The position numbers and the translations under genes were made by a program. The notes beneath the pieces were generated by a model. The model made no database searches, was not told the DNA's origin, and was given only the letters and a program-made list of their open reading frames with translations. Shown one piece after another: positions 49,070-62,044 of a stretch of 64,000 nucleotides of DNA. Positions within the stretch are counted from its first letter, which is position 1. Every line of letters begins with the position of its first letter. Origin of the DNA: Chrysemys picta bellii (lineage: Eukaryota); NCBI RefSeq assembly GCF_011386835.1, contig NC_088791.1:151466001-151530000 (forward strand), given 5' to 3'.

Positions 49070-49240
49070 TAGCTCAGTGGTTTGAGCATTGGCCTACTAA
49101 ACCCAGGATTGTGAGTTTAATCCTTGAGGGGGCCATTTAGGGAACTGGCATAAAAATCTGTCTGGGGATTGGTCCTGCTTTGAGCAGGGGGTTGGACTAG
49201 ATGACCTCCTGAGGTCCCTTCCAACCCTGATATTCTATGA
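49070..49240 (+). mobile_element. tRNA-derived SINE with CR1-type tail (turtle polIII/SINE-like)
   Basis: A-box TAGCTCAGTGG and B-box-like GAGTTTAATCC in the head; the 3' ~85 bp is nearly identical to the CR1 tail at 7880-7960. Confidence 0.85.
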
Positions 49241-50989
49241 ATGGCGGGAGCCAGTTCACTGTTAGCAATGCAACTGAATTTTCATTATGAGCCTGCTTTT
49301 TGTCATCCACCCCTCCCCCAGAAAACAAACAAACAAACAATGGAGTATTGGTCTCAAAACTGATAGGTTAGATCTGGGGCCGAGTTAGAATTTTTCTAAC
49401 AAATTTGAAGTACATCGGATAAAGGTTTCCTGATTTTTGACATGCTAAAAACCAGAGCCATTAAGCAGAGTGCAAATATCCTTCTAACTTCTTTGCCATT
49501 TGTAGCAAAAAACAAAACAACACACCTGGGAAGAGAAAAATAAATACATTTTAGTTTTCTTGATTTACGGAGCTAAGATCAACGTGATTGGACCAAAGAT
49601 GAGTTGATTAAGCTCTAATTTTAAAAGTTAAGATTTTAAATAATGAGATCAGAATGGTTCGTTGGCTTGTTCCAGCAAATGACTGCTGGAGGCAGAAGCT
49701 TTTATTTTAAAAAATGTAACTGTCTCTCTCCCTTTTCATTTAGAGACAGAGCTCACAGTACTCACTGATGCCTATTGAGGTTTTGCACTGGAGAAAGGGG
49801 AAAGTTTCCACCAAAAATTAATCAGAGAAGCTGTTTGCAAATTAAGGCCAATTTACAAAAGCAGTGGCCCCTATCCTTTGAAAAAATGTTAGCTCTTTTT
49901 TTGCCAGCTCCTTGTGTGGGAAAGGAGAGTGGGAGACCATTAAAATGAGGTTGATTGGTTTCATCAATGTTAAGCAGGGGAGCAGCAAAGAGGCATTTTC
50001 TTCTCTTGTCTGCTCTCCCTTTCCCCCAGCTGTGCGGTCATCCCACAAACCCTCTCCTATATCTCTCCTAAGATGTCCACTTCCTTGGAGGTCTGTAAGA
50101 GAGCAGGTATGGAGGGTTTAGGCTGGAGGAGAGCCTGGATCATGGGTAGCTGTAGAGAAGGGGAGCATGAGAAGTCTCAGCAGAGTGGGGGTATGCAGTG
50201 AAGGATGGGAGTATGTGAGTCATTGAATGGGGGCCATATCACCACTCCTAACCTCAGTAGTCCTGTTATGACCACCTTGGAAGTATGGAGGCTCATTGAA
50301 GTCCCTTGCAACATCCTGCTGTGAGCCTTACAATGCTTGTTGGGGAGTTCATCTCCTTGCAACCCTTGTTTAGCCTATCAAGGGCCCCTCCAACTTCTAC
50401 AAGCCTTAGTAGGGTTGGTGGAGTCCTTCATAACCATCCCCAGTCACTGTGGAGCTTTTGCAGGTTTAACAGAGCCCAATGAGACTAAATGGGGTTAGTG
50501 GCCCCCTGGGAAGTCTCAATAGGATCAACTGGAGACTGAGCACCTTATGTAAGCTTGTCAGGTAGCTAGTGATCCACTCTGAAATTACTGGGGAGGACAG
50601 ATTCACTAAGGCTTGCAGAGGGAAATTATGCATCGAGCCTGAGGAATAGGGCTGGTCAAAAAATTAGAATAAAACATTTTTCCAACAGAATTGGTGTTTT
50701 GTCAACATCAACATTTTCCACCTGAAATGATTGATTTTGGCAGAATTTTCCATCAGGAAAACCAAAATGAAACATTTAGTTTTTGGATTACATTAATCAG
50801 TGCATCTGCCTGAGTCACCAGATTGCCTCATGGGAGTTCTAGTTCTGAATCCCTCATGGCCCTCTTTTCCCCTCCAGGCCCAGCTTCCCCGCTGGACTAC
50901 ATCTGCCATGAGGTACCGTGGTGTCTTCTGTGGACAAACCACTGCACAGGATTTGACATTCTTGATCAAATGTTCAACATCTTCCAAGT

Positions 50990-51130
50990 GTGAAGCCGAG
51001 ACCTTCCATATCATCTGGTGTAGCCTTGGTTGAATCACTTAGTCTCTCTGTGTCCTCAGTTTCTCCCTCTTTAAAATGGTTGTAATTCTTCTTGCCTCCC
51101 TCACAGGAGGGTTGTGAGACTATAAACATT
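50990..51130 (+). mobile_element. MIR/CORE-SINE fragment
   Basis: GTCTCTCTGTGTCCTCAGTTTCTCCCTCTTTAAAATGG..CTCACAGGAGGGTTGTGAG. Confidence 0.65.
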
Positions 51131-51714
51131 ACTGTTCATAAATTGCCTTGGAGTCCTGAGATGAAAAGGTTCTAAGTATTATTATCATCTTACAAAACCG
51201 CAGAGGAAATTAAAACGGTAAAATTTCTGCGCCACTAGTACTTTATGTAGCCCTTTTCTACTCAGAGCACTCAAAGCACTTCATACCGGTGGGTAAGTAG
51301 TCTGAATGCACTGGTCACAACTCCATAGTTAAGAATCAGTCTAGGCTTCCATTCTAAGTCCTTTTTTCTACCCCCCTTCTAACTTTTGATGGGAGTAATG
51401 GATTTGTTTGCAAATGGGGATGCCTAGAGATGTTTAACTGCTATTTAACCACAAATGATATGCCCGTTCAGATAATTTGTGATTAAATACGTTTTCAAGA
51501 GCCCCCAGTGTCACACAGAGATCCAGCACTTCACACATACAGCACGGGGCATTTCTCAAACAGAGTCCTAGGGTGTAAAGACTCCCTCCCCTGCTCCTCT
51601 TCTTGTCTCCCGCAGCTCTCCGAGTCCCATGCAAGGGGTTCCAAGCAACCTGCTCTCTGGTCCCCTAAACTCCTTAATAGGCACTTTGGTCCAGAGTCTC
51701 AAAGGTATTTAGGC

Positions 51715-52660
51715 TCTTAGGATGGGATCCAGAAAAGGGGACTTAGGCAGTGCAATGCTGAGCATCAAGTTGCCTAACTTTTAGGTGCCTAGAAAATCAC
51801 AGAAACAACACTATGATCCACAAAGCCTTAGTTTAGGTATCTAGGTTTCTATAAAATGAATGGGGAGAGACAGACTCTTAAGACTGGGAGCTGCCTAAGC
51901 TAACCCATGGGAGTTGCTGATGAGAGAGGTGTGTGCTAAACCCTGCCCTTCTCTCAGAGAGAGGTGACTAAATCCAGGCTGCCAGGAAGTGGCTAGCTCT
52001 GCTAATGATCCCTGAATAGGTGCCTGAGGGACTGAGTTAGGCACCTGCCTCGCTCCATGGCTAGAGATGGTGTTGGTACCTTATAACGTTTAGTCTAGTA
52101 GTCAGAGCACTTGCCTGGGCTGTGGGTGACTGAGGGTACTGTCCCCCAGCCCTGACCACTCTTTCATTATTTATCCACAGCTTAAACAGGAGTGATCAAG
52201 GGTGCCCCCCTGCCCATCAGAATACCCCATAGCTCAGCAGTTACAGAACTCTCCTGAGATGAGGGAGACGCCCCATTCAAAGCCTTTCTCTGCCAGGAGG
52301 GGGGATTGAACCAGGGTCTCCCACATCCCAGGCAGCAGCTGTAACTGTAGGGATAAAAGTTATAACATGGATGATGGCTGCACTGCCGCCTCCTCCAGCT
52401 GGATTTTGAATGGGCCCTGATGCAGCAGTGGTCTCTGAGCACACCGACTGGATCTGGCCCCGCACATGACTTAGGCACCCAGACACCTAGCGGGAGGCAG
52501 CAGTGTGTGCGCCCAGGCAGAAACATAGGCACATAGGGAAATTATACTCTGAAAACTTAGGTGCTGATTGATTTGAGGTGCCTACAGGGTTCAGGAGGAG
52601 TTCTGTGAATGGCAGTGGGGCATAAAACTGACTTAGGTGCCCAAGCCTTTGTGGATCTGG
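51715..52660. mobile_element. Non-autonomous DNA element with TTAGGC(A)CC/GCCTAA subterminal repeats
   Basis: GGATCCA(C/G)AAA near the start and TTTGTGGATCTGG at the end (inverted); many TTAGGC/GCCTAA motifs; internal tRNA-like segments in opposite orientations. Boundaries approximate. Confidence 0.55.
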
Positions 52661-54731
52661 ACCCTATCTTTGGATCGAAGACTAAGGGCTGTAAAAGGTT
52701 CACAGACTGTGGCTGCAGACATTTTAAGTGTCCCAAAGCCAATGTCCTGGGACCATCACCCCACCACAGCCCTCCTTCCATCATACCAACATCATCCTTT
52801 TTCAGAACGGGAAGCAGAAATCTTCCGTGATAAGACAATGTGCTCATCCAGACTTGCGGGTGTGATGCCAATTGGAGTGTGCAGCATCGTCACCAAACTA
52901 ACCTTTGTTCTTTTCAGACAAGTGCTGCAATTCTTTGGTCAAGGTCTAGGAGGTCTGAACATCACTGATTCTTGTGTAATTGGTGGCCCACGGAGTTTTA
53001 ATGAAGAGTGTGGAATGATGGCCCTCCGTATGCTATTACCTAAAAAGGATTTTATAAAGTGCATCTGTGATGAGCTGGGAACTAGGTATATGTACAACTT
53101 GTGAATTCCAGTTTGATTTTATGAACTGTCTGTATTCTTATATCTTATGACTGTCTTGTGTGCTTAAGAGATGGGGAAGTGGGGCCAGCACATCTGTGCA
53201 TAAATAGGTGGATCATTAAATACTATCAGCACCTGAATAGATGTCACCTGGGAAGAACAAACGTGTAGCTGAATCCTAGCTAAAGCTGGTTTTCTCCACC
53301 CTCTCTGCAGGCTGGTGGGGTTTGAATAGTGTCAGTACAGGAGAGCAAAGACATCAGATGTTAGTGCTGGGTCTTAAAACCTCCAGAGCTGAAGACATTA
53401 CGGGGGAACACTACAGCCAACTCTTATAATTTTTTTTTGAGTGCAGGGATTTTAGAATGAGCCCCTCACATCCTCACTAGTTCAGCTCCGCATGCTGCTT
53501 TCACAGGAAGTGGGAGGAGAGAGCAAAGAGCTCAGCACAGCTTTGCCCCACCCCCCTGCAGCCTCTGGCATGGGAAGGGGCAGAGGAGGGGGGATAAGGT
53601 GCCCACCCTAGCCTGGGAAAGGGGAGAGGGGACCTTGCTGCAGGTCCCCTAGGCCTTGGTGATGAAAAATCCCAGTAGAAGCAGAGATGGGCCTCAACTG
53701 AGGGGGTTGGGAGTTGATAGCTGGGCAAGGTACAGGTAGATTGGGGGGTGGGCTGAGAGCTCCTGCAGCAGAGGCTAAAATCAGTTCATCCAATGCATCT
53801 GGGAGAGTGGATAATACTAATTGTCACACACCAGCGTGGACAGGGGGAGTTTGAAAATCAAAAGACAGACCAAAGAAACACAATATAGTCTTTAAAAAAA
53901 AACCACACATTATTTTTGATCCCTTGAGGTTGCCAACACTGGGAAATCAGAGGGACTGACAGAGACAAAAGGAAGCTTGGAAGTTGGGCAGGAGAGAAGA
54001 ACAGAGGGGCCTGTTTCTGTAGAAGAGAGCTTCTTTCCAGCTGCACGACCAGCTGAGGAGGAAGGAAGCTGGCTGCAGGGGACAGAGAAGCCATGTGCAG
54101 GAGGGTGAATGCTGGACTGTGATCTAGGCCCAAAGAAAGCCCAGGAGTGGTGAGGACAATGAGGCAGAGAAATGCTCCCAGGTGTTGGTCTTGTTGGGAT
54201 CTATATATCTCTTGTGCTAGCTAATGTAGAAAATGATTGGTTTTGGAACCCTCTGCAAAGCTTGTGCTTCACACGCTTCCACACACTATCATGTGTCCTG
54301 GAAGAGAAGAACTGTAAAGCCAGACTGCCCACAAGGTCAGAGCTCTGCAAGAGGGTGTGCTAAGCTACTGGAGTGTCTGGCAGTGAGGGGATGGTCAGCA
54401 CTGGTCCTGGGGACCTAGGACACCTGGGCTGCAGGGCCCCATTTATATAAAGGGGTGGCAAGGAGCCTGTGGCAAGGAGCCTGTGCCCAGGAAGACAGCC
54501 AGAGACTCCAAGGAAATTAACAGTGCTGGCGCCTAATCGAACTCGCGAAGCTTAGGACAGTGGTTTCCAAACATTTTACTAAGGTGACCCACTCACTGCA
54601 TTTTGTCATTGTTTGCAACTGATAAATGCACTTTCCGCCCCAGCACTGCAACCATAATCCTGGCTTGATGCAGAAGGGAGGACCATGGAGGTTTGGTGGA
54701 CATTGACCATGCCCTGCACTCGTACCATAGC

Positions 54732-55734
54732 TAGGGTTGCCAACTTTCTAATCGCACAAAACCGAACAGCCCTGCCCCAACCCGGCCCTGTCCTTTCTCC
54801 AAGGCCCCGCCCCCACTCCTTCTCTGAGGCCTCGCCCCTTCTCCGAGGCCTGGCTCCCACTCGCTCCATCCCCCCTCCCTCCGTCGCTCGCTTTCCCCCA
54901 CCCCACTCACTTTCATCAGGCAGGGGCAGGAGATTGGGGTACAGGAGGGGAGCGAGGGCTCTGGCTGGGGGTGCAGACTCTGGGGTGGGGCCAAAAATGA
55001 GGGGTTTGGAGTGCAGGAGGGGGCTCTGGGCTGGGACCAAGGGGTTTGGCATGCAGGAGGGGGTGCGGACTCCAGCTGGGGGTGTAGGCCCTGGGGTAGG
55101 GCCGGGAGGGGCTTGAGGTGAAGGAGGGAGCTTCGGGCTGGGGCAGGAGGGTGGGTTTTGGGGGGGGAGGGTGAGGGCTCCACCTAGGATTTGTGGACTC
55201 TGGGGTGGGGCCAGGGATAAGGGGTTTGGGTGCAGGAGGGGGCTCAGGACTGGACAGGGTGTTGGGGGAAACTCAGGACAAAGGCAGAGGATTCATGTGT
55301 GTGTGGGGAGTGCAGGGTCCCAGCGGCACTTACTGTGGCTCCCTGAAAGCGGCCGCCAGGTCCCTGCATCCCCTAGGCACATGGGTGTCTAGGGAGGCTC
55401 TGCGTGCTGCCCCTGTGCCCGCAGGTGCCGCCCCCACAGCTCCCGTTGGTCGTGGTTCCCATCCAATAGGAGCTGTGGCGTCTGCACTTGGGGCAGGGCC
55501 TGCGTGCAGAGCCTCCCTGGCTGCTCATGTGCCTAGGGGCTGCAAGGACCTGGCAGCCACTTCCAGGAGCCGCATGGCGGTAGGGCAGGCAGGCAGGCAG
55601 CTTACCTTAGCCCCAGGGCCATGCTGCACCACCGACCAGACTTTTAATGGCCCAGTCGGCAGTGCTGACCTGAGCCACCAGGGTCCCTTTTCGAGTGGGC
55701 ATTCCGGTCAAAAACCAGATGCCTGGCAATTCTA
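54732..55734. mobile_element. hAT-type MITE (TAGGGTTGCCA family)
   Basis: TAGGGTTGCCA / TGGCAATTCTA termini; flanks ACCATAGC / AACACAGC (6/8); collinear with the reverse complement of 40089-40859. Confidence 0.85.
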
Positions 55735-56393
55735 AACACAGCAGCGGTTCCTGTCCCACAGAGCTGGGTCCAGCTCCCCACTCCAGGTGTTACAACCTGG
55801 GGAACTGTGACCTTAGGTGGCTGCAGGGAGAAGTGAATGTTTGCCTAGGCCACGGCCCAGTGATGCATTAATCCAGCCCAGGGTTTGGCGACCTATCTAG
55901 AACCTTCACACGACCCATGGTTTGGAAAACAATGGCTTAGAAGAGCACCTAGTTCCCAGTGCGTGACACCCAAATACAGCTTCCTGGTGAGTGTCCAGCA
56001 GGGGGATCCCTGCCAGGACTGTGACAGCATCTTTTTCTGTGCCTGGTGTACAAAGTGTGTACAACCACTGCACATAAAGTAACTCATTCGAGGATTTGTA
56101 AATGGTGAAATGAAATGGACGGACAATGTTGTCTCCACGTTCTCCCCCGACCATCTCCAGGATATCAGGTAGGGGCAGAGCTAAGATCACTTGATTGTCT
56201 TAACTGTGCATTTTAATACTTTTTCAAACATTTAGGGGTTTCAGAAATGTTATTCTTAATGCTAAATTTCCTGGGTTCCTAATTCATAGGGTTTTTAAAT
56301 ACATATTCTTGTATAGTGTTTTCACTTTTAAGTTACTCATTGGGAATTTCACTATGACTTCAGCTAAATGAAGGCTTTTGGCTGGGAATGATT

Positions 56394-56525
56394 ATCCCCA
56401 TTTTGCAGATGGGGAAACTGACGTATTCTCTGTGAGCATGCAGTCCTACATAGTGAGTTAGCTACAGGGTATGACCCCAAGCTTACTGATACTGATACCT
56501 AGCCCTATGCTTTAGCTGCTAGACC
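56394..56525 (-). mobile_element. MIR/CORE-SINE fragment
   Basis: ATTATCCCCATTTTGCAGATGGGGAAACTGA. Confidence 0.7.
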
Positions 56526-57479
56526 CTGGCTGCTTCTGGGCCAGTAGGTAGATGGTCTCTCTTTGAATGAAAGAGCTTTGTGGCAAAATTCTCCTCTTGG
56601 GTTCCCTGGGATTGTAGAGCTGTACCTGAGAGGAGAAGATAGCCCTAGATGTGTGTGTGGAAGAAATCCCATCTGTTACTCATCCCAGTGTTATATAGAG
56701 CAGAACAGCCAGTCTACAGTACAGAGCTATCATGCTGGGCATCTTTTGGCAAGTCATATCCAGAAACATGTTCTGCACTGGCACGAACCCTCATTTCTGA
56801 CCAACCGGTGGGTGCAACATTTTGCTTGCTAAGCTTTACACGTAGTTATACAAAAAGTGAATTCAAGGCTCTTCCTGCTATAAAGTCTGGTTGAATTGAG
56901 AGGACATAGGGAGAGCAGATTGGAAAAACATGATATCCCTTTTTAATGCAGAGAGCTTCTTGTGGAGCCTTTTAAAATGAGCAGGAGGGTCTTCATTTGA
57001 AATGAAATAACCTTTGGAGCCCTGGAGCTTTAATGTGCTGTTGATAAATACATACCATGCTTAGCTGTCTCTCTGTAACCTGCATGGTAAAGAAGCTTTT
57101 CATGTGAATGATATTACATTTCTTTCAGTTGTACATTCCTTGATGTGGTTTGCTATCCATTCCATAACTGCTCAATCCAGGCCAGGAGTTAGGCAGACCC
57201 TGTGTGGTGACGCTAGGCGGCATAGGCTGTGTTAGTCAGTCTGGCAACCAAAGAGCCAGAAAGAACCACAGGGCCTGTCAGTGTCCAGCAGCATCAATGA
57301 AGAATCCACTCTGTATTCATTATAGCACAGTCCTGTTTCTCCTTTAATGTAGCACGCTGCTCTCAACAAAGTACTTAAATCTGCATAGAATTTCACTTGC
57401 TTGTTAAAAGCAGCAAGGCCTGTTTTTACCAGCATTGTGAACAGTTCGTTAAGAGCTAACAAGTGGCTCAAAAAGCTCT

Positions 57480-57585
57480 ATGTGGCTCAAAAAGCTTGTG
57501 TCTCTCACCAACAGAAGTTGGTCCAATAAAAGATATTACCTCACCTACTCTGTCTCTCTAATATCCTGGGATTGACATGGCTACA
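57480..57585. mobile_element. Short interspersed repeat, possibly a Penelope-like terminus
   Basis: GCTCAAAAAGCTTGTGTCTCTCACCAACAGAAGTTGGTCCAATAAAAGATATTACCTCACC resembles a common reptile repeat end; family assignment is from memory only. Confidence 0.4.
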
Positions 57586-58959
57586 AACTATCCTGAATAC
57601 CTGCAGCATGAGTCACTCAAATACCCATCCAAAAATGTATTGTGACTTTATCTTTGTTCAGCGTTAGCCATGGGCCCATGTCCCAAAGTTCAGATGTGGA
57701 GTCAAGCCTTCCCACGGTTCAAAGGTGATTGTATCTGGGATTTCAGTATAGTCCTATCTCTGCCTAACATCTACAATGCTCATTATTTGGTGCATCCTCT
57801 AGTTGTTGATTCCATTGACACGCATTGAATGGCTAGCCACAGCGTTTTGCACCAAGCCTTCAATAGCAAAAAAAGGAGAATAATCAACTGATTGAGGACC
57901 ATGCACATCACCATTGCTCTGCTATTTCACTATTAGGAAAGGTCACGAAATACCTCTGATAAACTGTGCTCAACAAAGTTGTCAGTTGTTGACAATTTCA
58001 GCATTTAGGTCCAGATCCTCAAATGTGTTTAGGCACATAATTTTCATTGAAATCATGGAAACTAGAAGCCTAAATACCCCTGAGGATCTAGCCCTTACTG
58101 CCTTGGATACTTCAGGCCTTGACAGACCAAAACTATTTATGCTCACTGTGGTTTCCTCCAAAGTATTAAGTGTCATTTTGTGTTGCTCTGACCTCTTAGA
58201 GCACTCCATCCTTGAGTGCTCATATTCTAAGCAGCATGGTGGCCTGTATTGAGAAGTCAATGTTTACCAGGACCTACCATATAGCAATATCCTAATATAT
58301 CCCTATCTAGCATGTAGAAGAGGATATAACTGCTGTAAATCAGATACCACCACTTTGCTAAATGTTAACTTTTTAGTAGGAACCATTTTAGTGCCTATTG
58401 AACAAGCATGAGTCCAAATCCTGACGTTCATTCTCCAGCAATAAAAATGCTGGAGATCCTTTTCTTTAGCTAATTTTTACCCTAGACTTGCAAACAAAGC
58501 AGGTCCTAATAAGTTCCCAGTAGTCATCTATACTAACTGCAACACCAGCACTTTAGAGCCTGTCCCTTAGGCATGTGTGGGTATGTTTGTATACAGAAGG
58601 AGGAAAAGAGAGTTCACATGGAGATCATACTCGGAGTATGTTGTTCCTCATGCTACAATCCTCATGCCCTTTAGGGAAGATCCTGGTCTGCAGACTGAAT
58701 AGCATTTAGTTCCTCCTTAGAAAAGACACTCCTTTCTTGCAGGACAGGAGGAATTCTAAAGGGATAAGGACTGTGGGTAAACTTTTTCAAAGTACCTAAG
58801 AGACTGGGTCTACCAACAAAGTTGTACCAATATAATTAAAGGTATTATTTTTATACCAGTGTAGTTAAACCAGTGCAACTTTGTATGTGGACACTCATTG
58901 GTTTAAACTTGGCTTATATGCATGCTACATTGCTATAACCAGTTTAAAACTGATTATAA

Positions 58960-59212
58960 GGGTACGTCTACACTTACCTCCGGGTCCGGCGGCAGGCAAT
59001 TGATGTTCTGGGATCGATCCCGGAAGTGCTCGCCGTCGATGCCGGTACTCCAGCTCGGCGAGAGGAGTACGTGGCATCGACGGGGGAGCCTCCCTGCCGC
59101 GTCTGGACCCGCGGTAAGTTCGGACTAAGGTACTTCGAATTCAGCTACGTTATTAACGTAGCTGAATTTGCGTACCTTAGTCCAAAGTGGGGGGGTAAGT
59201 GGGGACCAGGCC
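58960..59212. mobile_element. Young PIF/Harbinger MITE with TAA TSD and internal hairpin
   Basis: Starts GGGTACGTCTACACT and ends AGTGGGGACCAGGCC; TAA at 58957-58959 and 59213-59215; CpG-rich. Confidence 0.85.
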
Positions 59213-59333
59213 TAAGAGAGTTTACATAGTAAAGTTAGACCAGTTTAACTAGACTAATTTAACTTAAATTGGAATAACTTCTGTGTGTAGACAGTTCCTT
59301 AAGACCCTCAGTCCTATTTTCAAAAGCAACTTA

Positions 59334-59596
59334 GGCCATAGCTACACTAGGGGGACTATATCAGCATAACTCCATAGCGTAGATGCGGTGCACGCCAACA
59401 GAAGGGTTTTTTCCATCAGTGTAGGACCACCATCTCCCCAAGTGACAGTAGTTAGGTCAACAGAAGCACTCTTCCATCAGCACAGCTTCATCTACTTGGG
59501 GGTTAGATTGGCATAACTGTGGCATTCAGGATGTGGATTTTTCACACCCCGAGCGATGTTGCTATGTTGACCTAAATTTTATGTGTAGACTAGGCC
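59334..59596. mobile_element. PIF/Harbinger MITE
   Basis: GGCCATAGCTACACT...TGTGTAGACTAGGCC, flanked by TTA/TAA. Confidence 0.75.
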
Positions 59597-61813
59597 TAAA
59601 GCTTGGTCTGTGCTTAAGTTAGGTTGACCAGCATGGTTATGCCACCCTAACCCACACTATAAATGCAGCTGGATTGACAGAAGAATGCTTCCATCGACCT
59701 ACTACTGTCGTTTGGGAAGGTAGTGTTCCCATACCAATGGAAAAACCGCTTCCGTTGGCTTCAGCACATCTACACTACAGGGTTATCCTGGCATAGCTAT
59801 GGCAGTGTAGTTAAACTGGAGTTGTCTCCACAATGTACATGTACCCTAACTCCCATTGGAATGAATGGATCTGGGCCTCAAGTCACTTTTGAAAATACAG
59901 TTCGATGCTTTTGAAAATGTCCCTGTAAGTGATTAGGAGCAGGAATGAGGTGCTGCAGTGTGAACCTAAGAACACTAGAGGGAGCTGAGGGGCAGGAGAG
60001 GGACAAGATGGCAGGGCTTTAAGGTTCCAGCCATTTGCCTGAAGAAAGAATCCAGTTTAATCCAGCTGACAGCTTCTTTCCTCACCCATATGCCAGTCTA
60101 AATATGACTTCCTTTGTCTATAAACCCATCAGGGCGGGGGAGGCCCTTTGCGAGGTAGCCTTGCTGGCCTGCAGCTTCCCACTGGTGGGAGCAATTGAAG
60201 GGCTAGAGCTATATAGCAGTAATGACAGATTTACTGTGGTTATGACAACTGGTGCTAATTGCCTCTTGGTAATCTGTGTTGTGTGGTGATAAGACCATAA
60301 TTACAATTCAGCTAAACTGCCTCAAAATTACAACTCACAACCCTCTGAGTGTCTCCTTCCATTTGTGGGAAGGAAAACCTCACACACTGACCCTTTCAAC
60401 ACTTGTTAGAGGCACAAATGGAGCTAATAATAATCCTCTGAGTTTCCATAGGGCCTGTCTTCCACAAGAACCTGATTCCCCAAGAGCATTTACCACCTCT
60501 CTCCTTCTTGCTTCAGTGGAAGCCCTCTCCCAACCTGGCACAACTGTCAGGAGCCCCACAGCCTTTGTCTGCTCCATCAGCTCTTGAAAAGCAGAGGTGG
60601 GCTCCTATTAATTTTAATGCAAACTGGCTGTCCATGTCTCTTAGGCAGCTTTGGAAACTTCAGCTGATGGGTTTAATCTCAATGCCTGGGTGTGTAATGC
60701 CTGTAAGTAGTCATTTGCTCAGACCTACTCCATGCATGAGCATAATGGTTTTAATTCTATGGATTGGTCACAACCTGTTCACTGGGTATTTGATACTCAA
60801 TATTTAAGCTTTGGTGGTTGGCTGTGATTGGTCACATGAGTCACATGCTGTTGTTTCTGTTCCCTGAGTGGATGAGCACAACTCTTGTAGGGTGTGAAGA
60901 AGCCACTGAGAGTTTGACCATCTCCGTAGAGGGCAGAGCATAGGGAGAAGTAGCAGATAAGCAGCACAAGAGGACAGCTGAATACATTAAATCTCTCCCT
61001 TTCTGGGTCTTGCAGGTTTTGCCTGAGGCATCATTCTGAGAAAAAGTAGGCTGCTACATATATTAATTGCCTGGGTGCAGATTTTGAATGTCATTTTCTC
61101 TTGTCACAGTCATAGAACATAAAGAAACTGTGTGTGCGTGTGAGTGTATACGTATGCAAACTAAATGGTCCTAGCTGTGAAGGGTGTGCTCAGATCCTCA
61201 TTTATTTATCTGATCCAGGCCTCTGGCAGAGAGTTTTGGGAACCTCATCCCTTTGCAGCATAAAGCATTCTTCTGTATAAAATATGCTAATCACCTTTAT
61301 TGAGCTTCAGCACGCAATGAAAAGAGATAGCCCTAGCAGCAGAGTAAAGAAAAATCTGTCTTCCAGATTGACTTGTTTAGATGTCAAGGAAATGCAACGC
61401 ATCAGTCCTAACAATTCCACCAGTATAGCTTGATCATCAGAACCTGCTTCTCCTGCTATCCACCAAACACTCAGTCCCTGTCCACATACACATTTGCACC
61501 ATCTTAGTTAAACCAGAGCAAACAGTAGCATGGAAACTCCAATTCTGATTTAAGAGTGGCTTATTTTGGTTTATATTAAACCTGGTCCTAATCAATGCAA
61601 GCTGAACTAGAGTAAACCTGGTTTCAACTGAAATAATAGCTTTCGCACACACTTTTGCTCCTGGAAAATCAGTTTAAAAATGCACCATATGTTAAAATGA
61701 TGAGAGCAGAGGGATAATCCTGTGTACTAGGTGCTAGGCTGAGACTTGGGGGGTCTGGCTTTAATTTCCTTTTCTGCTACAGGCTTCCTGCGTGACCTTG
61801 GGCAAGTCACCTA

Positions 61814-61881
61814 GGGTATGTCTACACTGTCTGTGTATTCAGGCTGAAAGGCGGGCTCCCAGCTGCAATGTAGACATATCC
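61814..61881. mobile_element. 68-bp Harbinger mini-MITE inserted in a MIR-like repeat
   Basis: GGGTATGTCTACA...TGTAGACATATCC termini, flanks CTA/TTA, directly after GTGACCTTGGGCAAGTCAC (MIR core). Confidence 0.7.
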
Positions 61882-62044
61882 TTAGGCCTGAATCCACAAA
61901 GGCATTTAGGCTTGTAGCTTTCATCAAAATCAATGGCAGTCAAGAGCCTAAATAGAATCCAGGCCTTTGTGCCTCAAGGACAACAGTAGGGAGATAGTAG
62001 GACTTCACTGATGGAGGTGTTCAGATACTATGTTAATTGGGGCC

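Noticed and set aside
49070-49140. tRNA gene
   Set aside because: The A/B-box head is truncated, cannot form a full cloverleaf, and continues into a CR1 tail; it is a SINE. The PBS sequences are likewise only tRNA-complementary.
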